Source of the DNA: Acidobacteriota bacterium | Lineage (GTDB): Bacteria; Acidobacteriota; Thermoanaerobaculia; UBA5066 | Reading direction: 5' to 3' | Length of the DNA: 20,273 nt | Assembly (NCBI GenBank): GCA_016789625.1 | Contig: JAEUQS010000195.1 | Location: forward strand, 1-20,273 | Part shown: piece by piece, positions 1 through 10,966 of the stretch | Numbering within the stretch: the stretch's first letter is position 1 | Layout of the letters: each line of letters starts with the position of its first letter | Notes under the pieces: generated by a model | What the model was told of the DNA's origin: nothing | Seen by the model: the letters and a program-made list of their open reading frames with translations, nothing else | Databases searched by the model: none | Translations under genes and position numbers: made by a program

Positions 1-363
1 GCGATCGCCGAGCTGGGCCTCGCCAAGGCTCTCTTCGCGCTCTCGCGCGAGGAGGAGGGCCTCGTCGCGGCGCGCCGCGCCCTCGTGAAGCAGCAGACGT
101 ACAAGGAGGTGCGTCTGCTGCTCGCCGAGCGCTACCTCCTCGCGATGAAGCCGCTCCCGGCCGCGGCCGAGCTGGCCCGCGCGGTGCGTGGCACGCCGAA
201 GGACCCCGAGGCCGCCACGCGTCTCTTCGACCTCGCCCTCACGCACCCGGAGGCGCGGGGACACGCGCGCATGGTGCTGCCTCTCGTGAGGAAGGTGTTC
301 GGGAAGGTGCCCGCGGACGCGTCGCTCGGTTACGCGCTCGCCCGTTTCGAGGAGCTGCCGTGA
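1..363 (+). CDS. Hypothetical protein, C-terminal fragment. The gene starts upstream of the window and the protein is mostly alpha-helical, possibly TPR-like.
   Basis: Frame 1 is open from base 1 to the TGA at 361-363 and has strong GC3 bias (gcg atc gcc gag ctg ggc...). The stop overlaps the GTG start of the next gene (GTGA at 360-363). Confidence 0.5.
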   Translation, partial: AIAELGLAKALFALSREEEGLVAARRALVKQQTYKEVRLLLAERYLLAMKPLPAAAELARAVRGTPKDPEAATRLFDLALTHPEARGHARMVLPLVRKVFGKVPADASLGYALARFEELP

Positions 364-2159
364 ACGGCCTGTCACGTCGGGTCGCGCTGGCGGTCCGAAT
401 GGACCGCCTGAGGCAGTCCTACGGGACTGCCCTCGCTCTCTTCGTGCTGGCCGTGCTGCCGTTCCTGGGCACGTTCGGGTTCGACTACACGTTCGACGAC
501 CGGCTCGTCATCGAGAACAACCCGCGGCTGGCCTCACCCTCCGAGCTTCCGGCGCTCCTCACGACGCAGCTCTTCGAAGGGCAGCGGCAGACGGCGAACT
601 ACCGGCCGTTCCTGCTCCTCACGTTCGCGGTGCAAACCTGGATCCACGGCCCGGACCCCGGTCTCTACCGCGTCGTCAACGTGCTGCTTCACGGCCTCAC
701 GACGGTGCTCGTCGCGGCGTGGCTCCTCGCGATCGCGGTGCCGCGAAGAAGCGCGCTCGCGGCCGCAGCCGTCTTCGCCGTGATCCCCATTCACGTCGAG
801 GCCGTCACGTCGCTCGTGGGGCGCGCGGAGGTCCTCGCGGCGGCGCTCGTCCTCCTCGGAGCGATCCTCTTTCGGCGGGCCGTCTCGGGGGAGCGCCTCC
901 GGGTGGGGCCCTATCTCGCGTGCCTCGCGGCGCTCACGCTCGCCGCCTTCAGCAAGGAGAGCGCGATCGTGGCTCCGGGCCTTCTCGGTCTGGGGGAGGC
1001 GTTTCAGGCGTTCGAGCGCAACGAGCGGATCAGGAGGCGGATCCTGCCGTGGCTCGGCACGCTCCTGCCGTTCGTGCTCCTCCTCGCCGTGCGGGCCGCG
1101 GTGCTCGGGGGCGTCGTGAACACGTCGACGACGCGCATCACGGAGATCGAGAACCCGCTCGTCACGATGAGCGCGCCGCTCCGGATCCTGAACGCCGCGA
1201 ATCTCCTCTTCATGTATCCGGCCAAGACGCTCGTGCCCGTCCACATGGCGGCCGACCACTCGGCGCACGCGCTCCCGCTGGCGACGAGCGCCTCGTCCCC
1301 TCGCGCGTGGGGGGGCGCCGCGGCCCTGACGGTTCTCCTCGCGGTGTCCGTCGCGCTCTTTCGAAAGGGCCGCGCCCTGCCGCTCTTCGGCGTGCTGCTC
1401 TTCCTCGGAACGCTCTTCCCGCTCTCGAACTTTCCGGCCGTCGTCGGGCCGCCGTACGCCGATCGCCTGGCCTACGTCCCCTCGATCGGCATCCTCGTCG
1501 CCGCGCTGGCGCTGTTCGTGCCCCAGCGCATCCAGGACGGGTGGGCGGCGCCGCTCCTTCTCTCGGGCGCCCTCGTGCTCTTCGCGTCCCTCACCGTGGA
1601 CCGGAACCTCGTGTGGCAGAACGATCTGACGCTCTTTTCCGACATGGTCGCGAAGCGGCCCGGGAACGCCAAGGCGCGGTTCGCGCTCGGCTCGGTGCTG
1701 GACCGGCTGGGCCGTAGAGAGGAAGCCCGCGTCGAGACCGAGACGGCGCTCCGGCTCTATCCGCGCTTCCCCGAAGCTCTCACGCTGCTCGGGAAGATCC
1801 TCTGGGAGGGCGGGGATCCGCGCGCGGGAAACGAGCTCTACCGGCAGGCCCGGCTGCTCTCGCCGCAGGACGAGCCCGCGAACTGGGGCTTCGCGAAGAC
1901 CCTCGAGGCCGCGGGTGAGCTCGAGGCTGCGGGGCGGGCCTGGGACGAGGCCGAAAGGGCCGTGCCGGCTTCGTACGCGATCGCGTTCCACAGGGCCCTC
2001 TTCCTCGCGATGGCCGGGCGGCTCGAGGAGTCCGACCGGGCCTGGGATCGGGCGATCGCGCTCGCGCCGCGGGGAGGCAGGGACCTTCCGGCGAGGGAGC
2101 AGGCGAAGGTGCGCGACCGGCTCAGGGCGCGGCCGGCGGAGGGCCCGCAGGCCCGGTGA
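360..2159 (+). CDS. Polytopic membrane protein with a C-terminal TPR-repeat domain, PMT/TMTC-like (GT-C fold, DUF1736-type) putative glycosyltransferase.
   Basis: 599-aa ORF with a GTG start. The N-terminal ~400 aa contain many hydrophobic helices and an F-D-D-R-L-V-I-E-N-N motif in the first loop. The C-terminal ~180 aa form TPR-like helical repeats (AKARFALGSVLDRLGRREEA..., YPRFPEALTLLGKIL...). An alternative ATG lies at 399. Confidence 0.6.
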   Translation: MNGLSRRVALAVRMDRLRQSYGTALALFVLAVLPFLGTFGFDYTFDDRLVIENNPRLASPSELPALLTTQLFEGQRQTANYRPFLLLTFAVQTWIHGPDPGLYRVVNVLLHGLTTVLVAAWLLAIAVPRRSALAAAAVFAVIPIHVEAVTSLVGRAEVLAAALVLLGAILFRRAVSGERLRVGPYLACLAALTLAAFSKESAIVAPGLLGLGEAFQAFERNERIRRRILPWLGTLLPFVLLLAVRAAVLGGVVNTSTTRITEIENPLVTMSAPLRILNAANLLFMYPAKTLVPVHMAADHSAHALPLATSASSPRAWGGAAALTVLLAVSVALFRKGRALPLFGVLLFLGTLFPLSNFPAVVGPPYADRLAYVPSIGILVAALALFVPQRIQDGWAAPLLLSGALVLFASLTVDRNLVWQNDLTLFSDMVAKRPGNAKARFALGSVLDRLGRREEARVETETALRLYPRFPEALTLLGKILWEGGDPRAGNELYRQARLLSPQDEPANWGFAKTLEAAGELEAAGRAWDEAERAVPASYAIAFHRALFLAMAGRLEESDRAWDRAIALAPRGGRDLPAREQAKVRDRLRARPAEGPQAR

Positions 2160-2700
2160 TCGCCGGGCGGGGCCGGCTCGCGCGCATCCGCCTCACGAGC
2201 GCGAGGACGATCACGTACGTCAGGATGCCCGCGAGGAACGAAAGGGCGAACATCCCGACGGCCCACTGAAGGCTCACGGCGCGCACCGACGGGCCGGCGG
2301 TGCGCCAGAACTCGAGCTTCATCAGGTCTTTCCAGGGCAGCTGCGCCAGGGCCTCGCGTTCGGCGCGGAGGATCATGCGGCCCAGGGGGATCGCCACGGC
2401 GCTCACCGGCGCGAACGTGAGCGGGTTGACGACCAGCGTGCCGAGAAGGACGTCCAGCTTGTTGAGGCGCAGAAGGAACGCGAGCCCGAGCGCCATCCAG
2501 GTGTGGAAGCCGAACAGCGGCGTGAACGCGATGGCGACGCCGAGCGCGAACGAGGCCGCGACCACCTCGGGCGAAGACGACTGTCCGAGGGTTTCCCGGA
2601 TCCGGGCCCGCAGCTTCGCGATCACGCCTCCGGCCCCGACCTTCGGTTCCTTCGCCAGGGGCTTCTCCGGAGGGATGTGAGGATCGGGCGAAGAGCTCAT
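2122..2700 (-). CDS. DUF2062-family small membrane protein.
   Basis: ATG at 2700-2698 on the minus strand, giving 192 aa. The motif GVAIAFTPLFGFHTWMALGLAFLLRLN and the following hydrophobic segments match the DUF2062 pattern. This start overlaps the thiL stop (ATGA). The longer 587-aa ORF in this frame is rejected because its N-terminal part overlaps thiL, which is in another frame. Confidence 0.7.
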   Translation of the reverse strand: MSSSPDPHIPPEKPLAKEPKVGAGGVIAKLRARIRETLGQSSSPEVVAASFALGVAIAFTPLFGFHTWMALGLAFLLRLNKLDVLLGTLVVNPLTFAPVSAVAIPLGRMILRAEREALAQLPWKDLMKLEFWRTAGPSVRAVSLQWAVGMFALSFLAGILTYVIVLALVRRMRASRPRPAITGPAGPPPAAP

Positions 2701-3781
2701 CGCGGCTTGCGGGTCCTCGCGGCGGGATCCGGCTCTCCGGACTCGAAGTGGTCGAACCCTGCGTCGGGCAGGGGTTCCGTGCGCGCGCCCCCGCGCACCA
2801 CGACGGAGGAGCCGGGCGTCATCTCGCCGATGGCCCGAAGGGCGAAGCGGGCCGCGAGCCGCTCCACGGCAGCGAGCCTTTTCTTCGGCACCGTGAAGAG
2901 GAGACCGAAGTCCTCTCCGCCGAAGAGCGCCGCCGCGCGTGGCTCGAGCGCGATGCCCGCGGGCAGCTCCTCGAGGGTGGAGTCGACGGGGAGGCGGGCC
3001 AGGTCCACGGCCGCACCGCAGCCCGAAGCGCGGCAGAGGCGGTGGAGGTCGCGAGCGAGCCCGTCGGAGAGGTCCATCGCGGCCGACGCGACGGGCGCGG
3101 TGTCGCCCTCGGCGAGAGCCTGTCCGAGCTCGACCATGGGTCGCGGGCTCGTCTGGTGCCGGATCAGGCGAACCAGGTCGGCGGCGGGTGGGGCCACGAG
3201 CCGCCGGCCCGCCGGGTTGGTGAGCGTTCCGCTCGAAGAAACCCGATATCCCGCTTCGAGGAGCGCGAGGCCCCCGGCTGCGGCGCCCAGCGTTCCCGAG
3301 ACGAAGAGGACGTCGCCGGCCGAGGCCCCGCTCCGGGTGAGGACGCGCAGGCCCGCGGGACGCCCGACGGCGGTCACCGAAAGAAACGCCGTTGCCGAGG
3401 ACGTGAGGTCTCCGCCCACGATCGCGACCTGGTACTCGGCCGCGATCTCCCCGAAGCCGTCCAGGATCCCCTCGAGGAAAGCCGGCGGGGTCGCGCGCGG
3501 AAGACCCAGCGTGAGGAGCGCGAAGGCAGGCGCCGCGCCCATGGCCGCGAGGTCCGAGAGGCTGGCGGCCAGCGCCTTGCGGCCGAGAGCGTGCGGATCG
3601 GAAGTCGCGCGGAAGTCCACGTCCTCGACGAGCGTGTCGGTCGTGAGCACCGCGTCGCCCCCGAGGCGCACCACGGCGGCGTCGTCGCCGACCCCGATCC
3701 GCACGTCGCGCCGCCGGGTCGCGAAGCGCGTCGCGATCAGCTCGAGGAGCGCGGCCTCGCTGGGGAGCGTGGGCTTGGATC

Positions 3782-3785
<4 letters not shown>
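2697..3785 (-). CDS. thiL: Thiamine-monophosphate kinase (ThiL, PurM-like AIR-synthase-related fold).
   Basis: 362 aa. The N-terminal GVGDDAAVV...TTDTLVEDVDF motif and the C-terminal Gly-rich ATP-binding region are typical of ThiL. The start ATG overlaps the lon stop (ATGA at 3782-3785). Confidence 0.8.
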
Positions 3786-6219
<2,434 letters not shown>

Positions 6220-6223
<4 letters not shown>

Positions 6224-6645
6224 TTCGCCTTCGGAGCGCTCTTCGTCGAGCGTATGGGGATGTGCTTCTTGGGTGGCGAGCGGCGGGGCACGAGGAGCGT
6301 GAGGAGACCGTCGGAGTAGGACGCCTCGGCGCCTTCCGGCTCGGGATCCTCGGGCAGCTCGAGGGATCTCTCGAACGGGCCCGCGATGCGCTCGACCCTC
6401 AGGAAGCGGCCGCCCTTGGCCTCCGTGATGCGGCGCTCGCCGCGCACGGTCACGACGCGGCCGGAGACCTCCACGGAGAGCCGGGACGCATCGGCGCCCG
6501 GAATCTCGTACACGAGGCGGAAGACCTTGCCGTCGTCCACGACGTCGAGGGGCGGCAGCACCGACGGCGGCTCGTCCTCTCCGGGGCCCGAGGAACGCGT
6601 GAGGAAAACGAACGGGGCCCGCACGGGCTTTCTGGATGCCGGCAT
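6220..6645 (-). CDS. Hsp20/alpha-crystallin family small heat-shock protein.
   Basis: 141 aa. The alpha-crystallin domain runs from PPLDVVDDGKVFRLVYEIPGADASRLSVEVSGRVVTVRGERR... to ...EASYSDGLLTLLVPRR. A GAGGA Shine-Dalgarno lies 6 nt upstream, inside the nrdR 3' end. The stop overlaps the lon ATG (ATGA). Confidence 0.8.
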
Positions 6646-6646
6646 G

Positions 6647-7123
6647 TCACGTCCTCGTCGCGGGAACCTGAGCCTTGCCCAGGAGGTGCTTCAGCTCGTC
6701 CACGAAGTCGCCCAGGTCCTCGAACCGCCGATACACCGATGCGAAGCGCACGTACGCCACCTGGTCGAGATCCTTGAGCCTCTCCATCACGCGGTTTCCG
6801 ATCTCCTGCGTGCCCATCTCGCGGGTCTCGCTGGCGTGGATGGCCGACTCGATCTCCTCGGTGACGCGCTCGAGATCGCCCGTCGTGACCGGCCGCTTCT
6901 CGCAGGCCCTCACGAGCCCGCGCATCAGCTTCTGGCGGTCGAACGCCTCGCGCCGGCCGTCCTTCTTGACGACCATGACCGGGATCTCCTCGACCGTCTC
7001 GTACGAGGTGAAGCGCCGCGTGCACGCTCCGCACTCCCGCCGCCTGCGGATGACCGCCCCCTCGCGGCTCTCTCTCGAGTCCACGACCCGGTCCTCGGAC
7101 GAGCCGCAAAAGGGACAACGCAC
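6647..7123 (-). CDS. nrdR: Transcriptional repressor NrdR (zinc ribbon plus ATP-cone).
   Basis: 158 aa with a GTG start. MRCPFCGSSEDRVVDSRESREGAVIRRRRECGACTRRFTSYE is the CxxC...CxxC zinc ribbon, followed by the ATP-cone VVKKDGRREAFDRQKLMRGLVRACEKRPV. The stop lies 1 nt before the hsp20 ATG. Confidence 0.85.
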   Translation of the reverse strand: MRCPFCGSSEDRVVDSRESREGAVIRRRRECGACTRRFTSYETVEEIPVMVVKKDGRREAFDRQKLMRGLVRACEKRPVTTGDLERVTEEIESAIHASETREMGTQEIGNRVMERLKDLDQVAYVRFASVYRRFEDLGDFVDELKHLLGKAQVPATRT

Positions 7124-7133
7124 GGGCCGTAGC

Positions 7134-8186
7134 TTACGCGGTCGGGCCGGCGTTTCCGCCCGCCTCGCCGGTCTTCCCGCCGCCTTCGTTCGCGAGCTTC
7201 CCGAGGCTGAGCCCGGTGGCGACGAGGCACACGAGGCCGATCAGCGTCACGGGGACGAACGAGATCGCGTGGGACACGAGAGCCATGGCCGCGGCGACGT
7301 TGCGGTCCACGCCGTAGAACGCGGTGAGCGCGTAGGTGATCGCGGCGTGGTAGCCGCCCACTCCTCCCGGGGTCGGGATCGCGAGCCCGAGGACCGACCA
7401 GGTGAGCACGAAGAACGCCACGGGAAAGGGCTGGTCGATCCCGAACGCCCGGAGCGAGGCATAGACCTGCACGCAGAGGACGAGCCACAGGAAGATCGAC
7501 GCCGAGGCGATCACGAGCGCGTCCCTCGCCGAGTGGACGCCGCCCATGCCCGAGAGAAACGCCTGCGCGAGGGATTCGAACCGGGGCTGGATCCGTCTCG
7601 GGACGAATCGCAGGAAGATGCCCAGACGCTCGGGCTTGCGAGCCAGGAACACGGCCACGGCGAGCCCCACGATCGCGACGGCGCCGACGAGAAAAGCCGA
7701 GCCCCGGAGCTTCGCGAACCGGGAGGCCTCGGCCTCCCCGAGGCCCGAGGGAACCCAGCCGAGCGCGTAGACCACGAAGAGGAGGATCACGGAGAGGAGA
7801 TCCAGGAGGCGCTCGAACGCCACCGAGGCGAGCACCGGCGCGAACGGGAGCTTGAGGCGGTCCGCGAGGACGTAGGGCCTCACGACCTCGCCGGCCCGGG
7901 CCGGGAGCAGCGTGGACGCCGCGAACCCGATGGTCGTCGCGACGTTCGCGTCGCGCTGCGGAACGCGCCCCACCGACTGCAGGAGCACCGTCCACCGCCA
8001 GGAGCGAAAGGGCAGCGTCGCCACCGAAATGAAGAGCGCCAGCGCGAGCCAGCCCGCATGCGCCTCTCCGATCGCCCGGCCGACGGCGGCGAAGTCCAGC
8101 GAGCGGAAGAAGAAGAAGAGGAGCAGTGCCGCGAGCGAGAGGGAGATCGCGACTTTGAGGGCTCGCGACCTGCGGGGATTCGTCAC
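7134..8186 (-). CDS. Lysylphosphatidylglycerol-synthase-TM (flippase-like, UPF0104) domain membrane protein.
   Basis: 350 aa with a GTG start. A basic N-terminus is followed by about 8 hydrophobic helices with the typical Pro/Gly pattern (...LLPARAGEVVRPYVLA..., ...TPGGVGGYHAAITYALT...) and a Gly-rich C-terminus. It is the first gene of the minus-strand block. Confidence 0.7.
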   Translation of the reverse strand: MTNPRRSRALKVAISLSLAALLLFFFFRSLDFAAVGRAIGEAHAGWLALALFISVATLPFRSWRWTVLLQSVGRVPQRDANVATTIGFAASTLLPARAGEVVRPYVLADRLKLPFAPVLASVAFERLLDLLSVILLFVVYALGWVPSGLGEAEASRFAKLRGSAFLVGAVAIVGLAVAVFLARKPERLGIFLRFVPRRIQPRFESLAQAFLSGMGGVHSARDALVIASASIFLWLVLCVQVYASLRAFGIDQPFPVAFFVLTWSVLGLAIPTPGGVGGYHAAITYALTAFYGVDRNVAAAMALVSHAISFVPVTLIGLVCLVATGLSLGKLANEGGGKTGEAGGNAGPTA

Positions 8187-8208
8187 CCTCGGATGTTAGC
8201 CTGAGGTC

Positions 8209-9177
8209 ATGCGCGTGTTCTTCGATCCCGTGGCGCTCCGGCACGACACGGGACCCCATCATCCCGAGAACAAGGAGCGCCTCGCGGCCTGCGTCGCCGG
8301 GCTCGAGAACGCGGGTGCCGAGGTGTCGGCCCCGGAATCGCCGGCCCGCACGCTCGCCTCGGTGGAAAAGGTGCATGCGCCGGGCTACGTGCGGCGCCTT
8401 TCGGGCACCTGCGCCATGTCGCCTCCCCAGGCGCGGGACCGCACGTTCAGCCTCTTCGATTCCCCCGACAACCCCATTTCCCGCGCCACGTTCCTGGCCT
8501 CCCTCCGTACCGCGGGCCTGGGTCTCGCCGCGGTGGATTCGGTGCTCGCGGGCGGTGGGCCGGTTTTCGTCTCGATGCGGCCGCCGGGCCACCACGCCCT
8601 CGCCGAGGAGGCCATGGGGTTCTGCTTCCTCAACGGAGTCGCGATCGCCGCGCGGGATCTCGTGGAGAGCGCGGGGGCGACCAGGGTCCTGATCGCCGAT
8701 TTCGACGTGCATCACGGAAACGGCACCCAGGACATCTTCTGGGAGGACGGACGGGTCGCCTACCTCTCCGTCCACCGGTCGCCTTTCTACCCGTATTCGG
8801 GGGCCGTCGACGAAGAGGGAGAGGGCAAGGGGCGCGGGACGACACGCAACGTCCCGATCCACGGAGGCGCCTCCGAGGAGACCTACGTCGGAGGGTTCGT
8901 GGCGGCGCTCGAGTCGCTCTCCGAGCGGTTCCGGCCCGAGTTCGTGCTCGTGAGCGCAGGCTTCGACGCCCACCGCTCGGACCCCCTCGGCGGCATGCAC
9001 GTGACCGAGCACGGGTTCTTCGAGATGACCCGGCGCCTCCGTGACGTGGCCGACGTTTTCGCGGGCGGACGCGTGGTGTCTTTCCTGGAAGGCGGCTACG
9101 ACCCGGAGGCCCTGGCGGCCTCTGCCGTGGCGCATCTGAGGGCGCTGCAAGGGCTTCCCGAGAGGGCCTCCGATTGA
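8209..9177 (+). CDS. Histone-deacetylase-family (arginase/deacetylase fold) enzyme; AcuC/acetylpolyamine amidohydrolase-like.
   Basis: 322 aa. It carries the HDAC signature motifs RPPGHHA (catalytic His pair), DFDVHHGNGTQ (metal ligands), SAGFDAH and EGGY. The N-terminus reads MRVFFDP...HPE. Confidence 0.85.
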   Translation: MRVFFDPVALRHDTGPHHPENKERLAACVAGLENAGAEVSAPESPARTLASVEKVHAPGYVRRLSGTCAMSPPQARDRTFSLFDSPDNPISRATFLASLRTAGLGLAAVDSVLAGGGPVFVSMRPPGHHALAEEAMGFCFLNGVAIAARDLVESAGATRVLIADFDVHHGNGTQDIFWEDGRVAYLSVHRSPFYPYSGAVDEEGEGKGRGTTRNVPIHGGASEETYVGGFVAALESLSERFRPEFVLVSAGFDAHRSDPLGGMHVTEHGFFEMTRRLRDVADVFAGGRVVSFLEGGYDPEALAASAVAHLRALQGLPERASD

Positions 9178-9203
9178 CTTTCCTTTTCAGGGGCCTCTAA
9201 AAT
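9174..9203 (+). promoter_or_regulatory. Sigma70-like promoter (TTGACT-N18-TAAAAT) for the Ig-repeat gene.
   Basis: The -35 TTGACT lies at 9174-9179, overlapping the HDAC stop, and the -10 TAAAAT at 9198-9203. The local sequence is AT-rich in a 70% GC genome. Downstream is a strong Shine-Dalgarno, GGAGGA at 9246-9251, 6 nt before the ATG at 9258. Confidence 0.4.
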
Positions 9204-9257
9204 CTGTGCGTAGCCATCCCTAGAAAAAGCTCTTCGTGGACCCATGGAGGATTTCTG

Positions 9258-10907
9258 ATGAAGCTCAAGGCTCTGCTCCTCCCGGCGATCGTCGCGGGCC
9301 TCGCAAGCTCTCCCGATGCCATTGCGCAGTGCCCCGCTCAGAACCTCGGAACCATCGAGAGCCCGGCGCCGAACGCGCTGGTCTCGGGTTTCGTACGCGT
9401 GACGGGGTTCGCGGTGAACGGGAATCTGATCTCGAACGTCGATCTCTTCATCGACGGGCAGGCGGATACGAACCGCGTGACCGCACCCGGGGGGGCGAAC
9501 ATCAACCTGCCCAGACCCGACGTGACGCAGGCCCTGCCGCAGTATCAGGGCTCGCCCGGCAGGCATCCCGGCTACGAGATGTCGTTCAAGGCGGCGAACT
9601 ACGCCAACGGAACGCATACCGTGAACGTGCGCATCACCGACGTCACGGGCTGCTCGTACTTCCTCGAGCCGCGCACCGTGCGGGTGGACAACGCCCGCAA
9701 CCAGCCGCCGTTCGGTAACGTGGACCTCCCGCTGCCCGATTCCTCGGTGGGCGACACGGGCGTCATCCACATCGCGGGCTGGGCGCTCGACGACCGGCGC
9801 ATCGATCACGTCGAGGTCTACGTCGACGACCTCCAGGAGCGCCAGGCCGTCACCGGCATTCACCGTGCCGACGTCGCCGCGTACTACCCGGACACGACGG
9901 CCTCCATCATCTCGGGCTTCGTCGCGAACCTCGATTCCACGCGGCTCACGAACGGCGTGCATCACATCCGGGTCATGGCCGTCGACGACCAGGGCCAGAA
10001 GGGCCTCCTGGGCGTCCGCCGCATCCAGGTCTTCAACAACTCGGCCAACCTCGCGCCGTTCGGCGTCGTCGAGTTCCCCCTCCTCAACGCCACGTGGTTC
10101 GGCAACTGCTTCGACCCCGTCGGCGGCCCGTCGGGCGGCGACATCGTCGATCCGCGCTTCCTCATGTTCGTCACGGGCTGGGCGCTCGACACGTCGGTCC
10201 AGACGGAGCGGGGCGGCCTCTCGCACGTGTACCTCGAGATCGACGGCGTGACCATCAAGGACACGCGCATCAACTGCCATCGCGAGTTCCTCCTCAACAA
10301 CCAGCCCATCGACTGCTACGGGTTCTACCGGCCCGATGTCGAGGTCATCTACCCCGGCTTCCAGCAGGCTCCGAACGCGGGCTTCCACTTCGCGGTCGAC
10401 GTCGGCTACCTCCTCACCCAGAGGGGCTTCCGCGAGGGTGGCCACATCCTCCAGGTCAAGGCCGCCGACAAGGAAGACCAGATCCGCCTCCTCCGTGAGA
10501 TCCCCATCACCATGGAGTGCGCCACGGGCAACCTCGACCCGTCGCCGCTCGGCTTCGTCGACGATCCGTACAACTACAAGTTCGTCAACGGCATCTTCCC
10601 GGTCCTCGGCTGGGCGCTCGACCTCGACAACGTCGTCCAGGTGCGCGTCCTGATCGACGGCGTCCGCCAGATCGACGCCGTGCGCAACGTGGACTACGCC
10701 GAGTTCGGTCTCGCGAGCCCCGACGTCGCGGCCGTGTATCCCGCCTACCCGCAGCGCTCCAACGCCCGGTGGCGGTTCTATCTCGACACCACGAAGATCT
10801 CCAACAGCGAGCACGATCTCCTCGTCGAGGTTCTCGACGGCCGCGGCAACGTCCGCTCGGCGGGCACCCGCCGCTTCCTCGTCGACAACAACAACCTCGT
10901 CCGGTAA
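9258..10907 (+). CDS. Secreted protein made of four tandem bacterial Ig-like (Big_7-like) domains and no recognizable catalytic domain.
   Basis: 549 aa. The signal peptide is MKLKALLLPAIVAGLASSPDAIAQ. Four repeats of about 115-160 aa share the pattern [FL]G-x-[VI]-[DE]-x-P...G...GWALD...V-x-V-x-IDG...R-x-DV...YP...NG-x-H-x-[LI]-x-V-x-A-x-D-x-x-G...R-x-x-V-x-N. GC3 is high, and the gene has its own promoter, Shine-Dalgarno and terminator. Confidence 0.75.
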   Translation: MKLKALLLPAIVAGLASSPDAIAQCPAQNLGTIESPAPNALVSGFVRVTGFAVNGNLISNVDLFIDGQADTNRVTAPGGANINLPRPDVTQALPQYQGSPGRHPGYEMSFKAANYANGTHTVNVRITDVTGCSYFLEPRTVRVDNARNQPPFGNVDLPLPDSSVGDTGVIHIAGWALDDRRIDHVEVYVDDLQERQAVTGIHRADVAAYYPDTTASIISGFVANLDSTRLTNGVHHIRVMAVDDQGQKGLLGVRRIQVFNNSANLAPFGVVEFPLLNATWFGNCFDPVGGPSGGDIVDPRFLMFVTGWALDTSVQTERGGLSHVYLEIDGVTIKDTRINCHREFLLNNQPIDCYGFYRPDVEVIYPGFQQAPNAGFHFAVDVGYLLTQRGFREGGHILQVKAADKEDQIRLLREIPITMECATGNLDPSPLGFVDDPYNYKFVNGIFPVLGWALDLDNVVQVRVLIDGVRQIDAVRNVDYAEFGLASPDVAAVYPAYPQRSNARWRFYLDTTKISNSEHDLLVEVLDGRGNVRSAGTRRFLVDNNNLVR

Positions 10908-10933
10908 GTCCGAGGAACGCCGCTCCGGTCCTT

Positions 10934-10966
10934 CGGCCCCGCGAAAGCGGGGCCGAGTGCTTTTTT
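10934..10966 (+). terminator. Rho-independent terminator: a 9-bp GC stem, GAAA tetraloop and T6 run.
   Basis: cggccccgc-gaaa-gcggggccg (10934-10955) is followed by agtgcTTTTTT (T-run at 10961-10966). The TAA stop of the convergent TetR gene lies inside the T-run at 10965-10967. Confidence 0.7.

Noticed and set aside
6646-8300. A CIRCE (TTAGCACTC-N9-GAGTGCTAA) or sigma32-type heat-shock promoter upstream of hsp20-lon, and a TPP riboswitch near thiL.
   Set aside because: No match to these consensus elements was seen by eye in the relevant upstream regions. The hsp20 upstream region is nrdR coding sequence.
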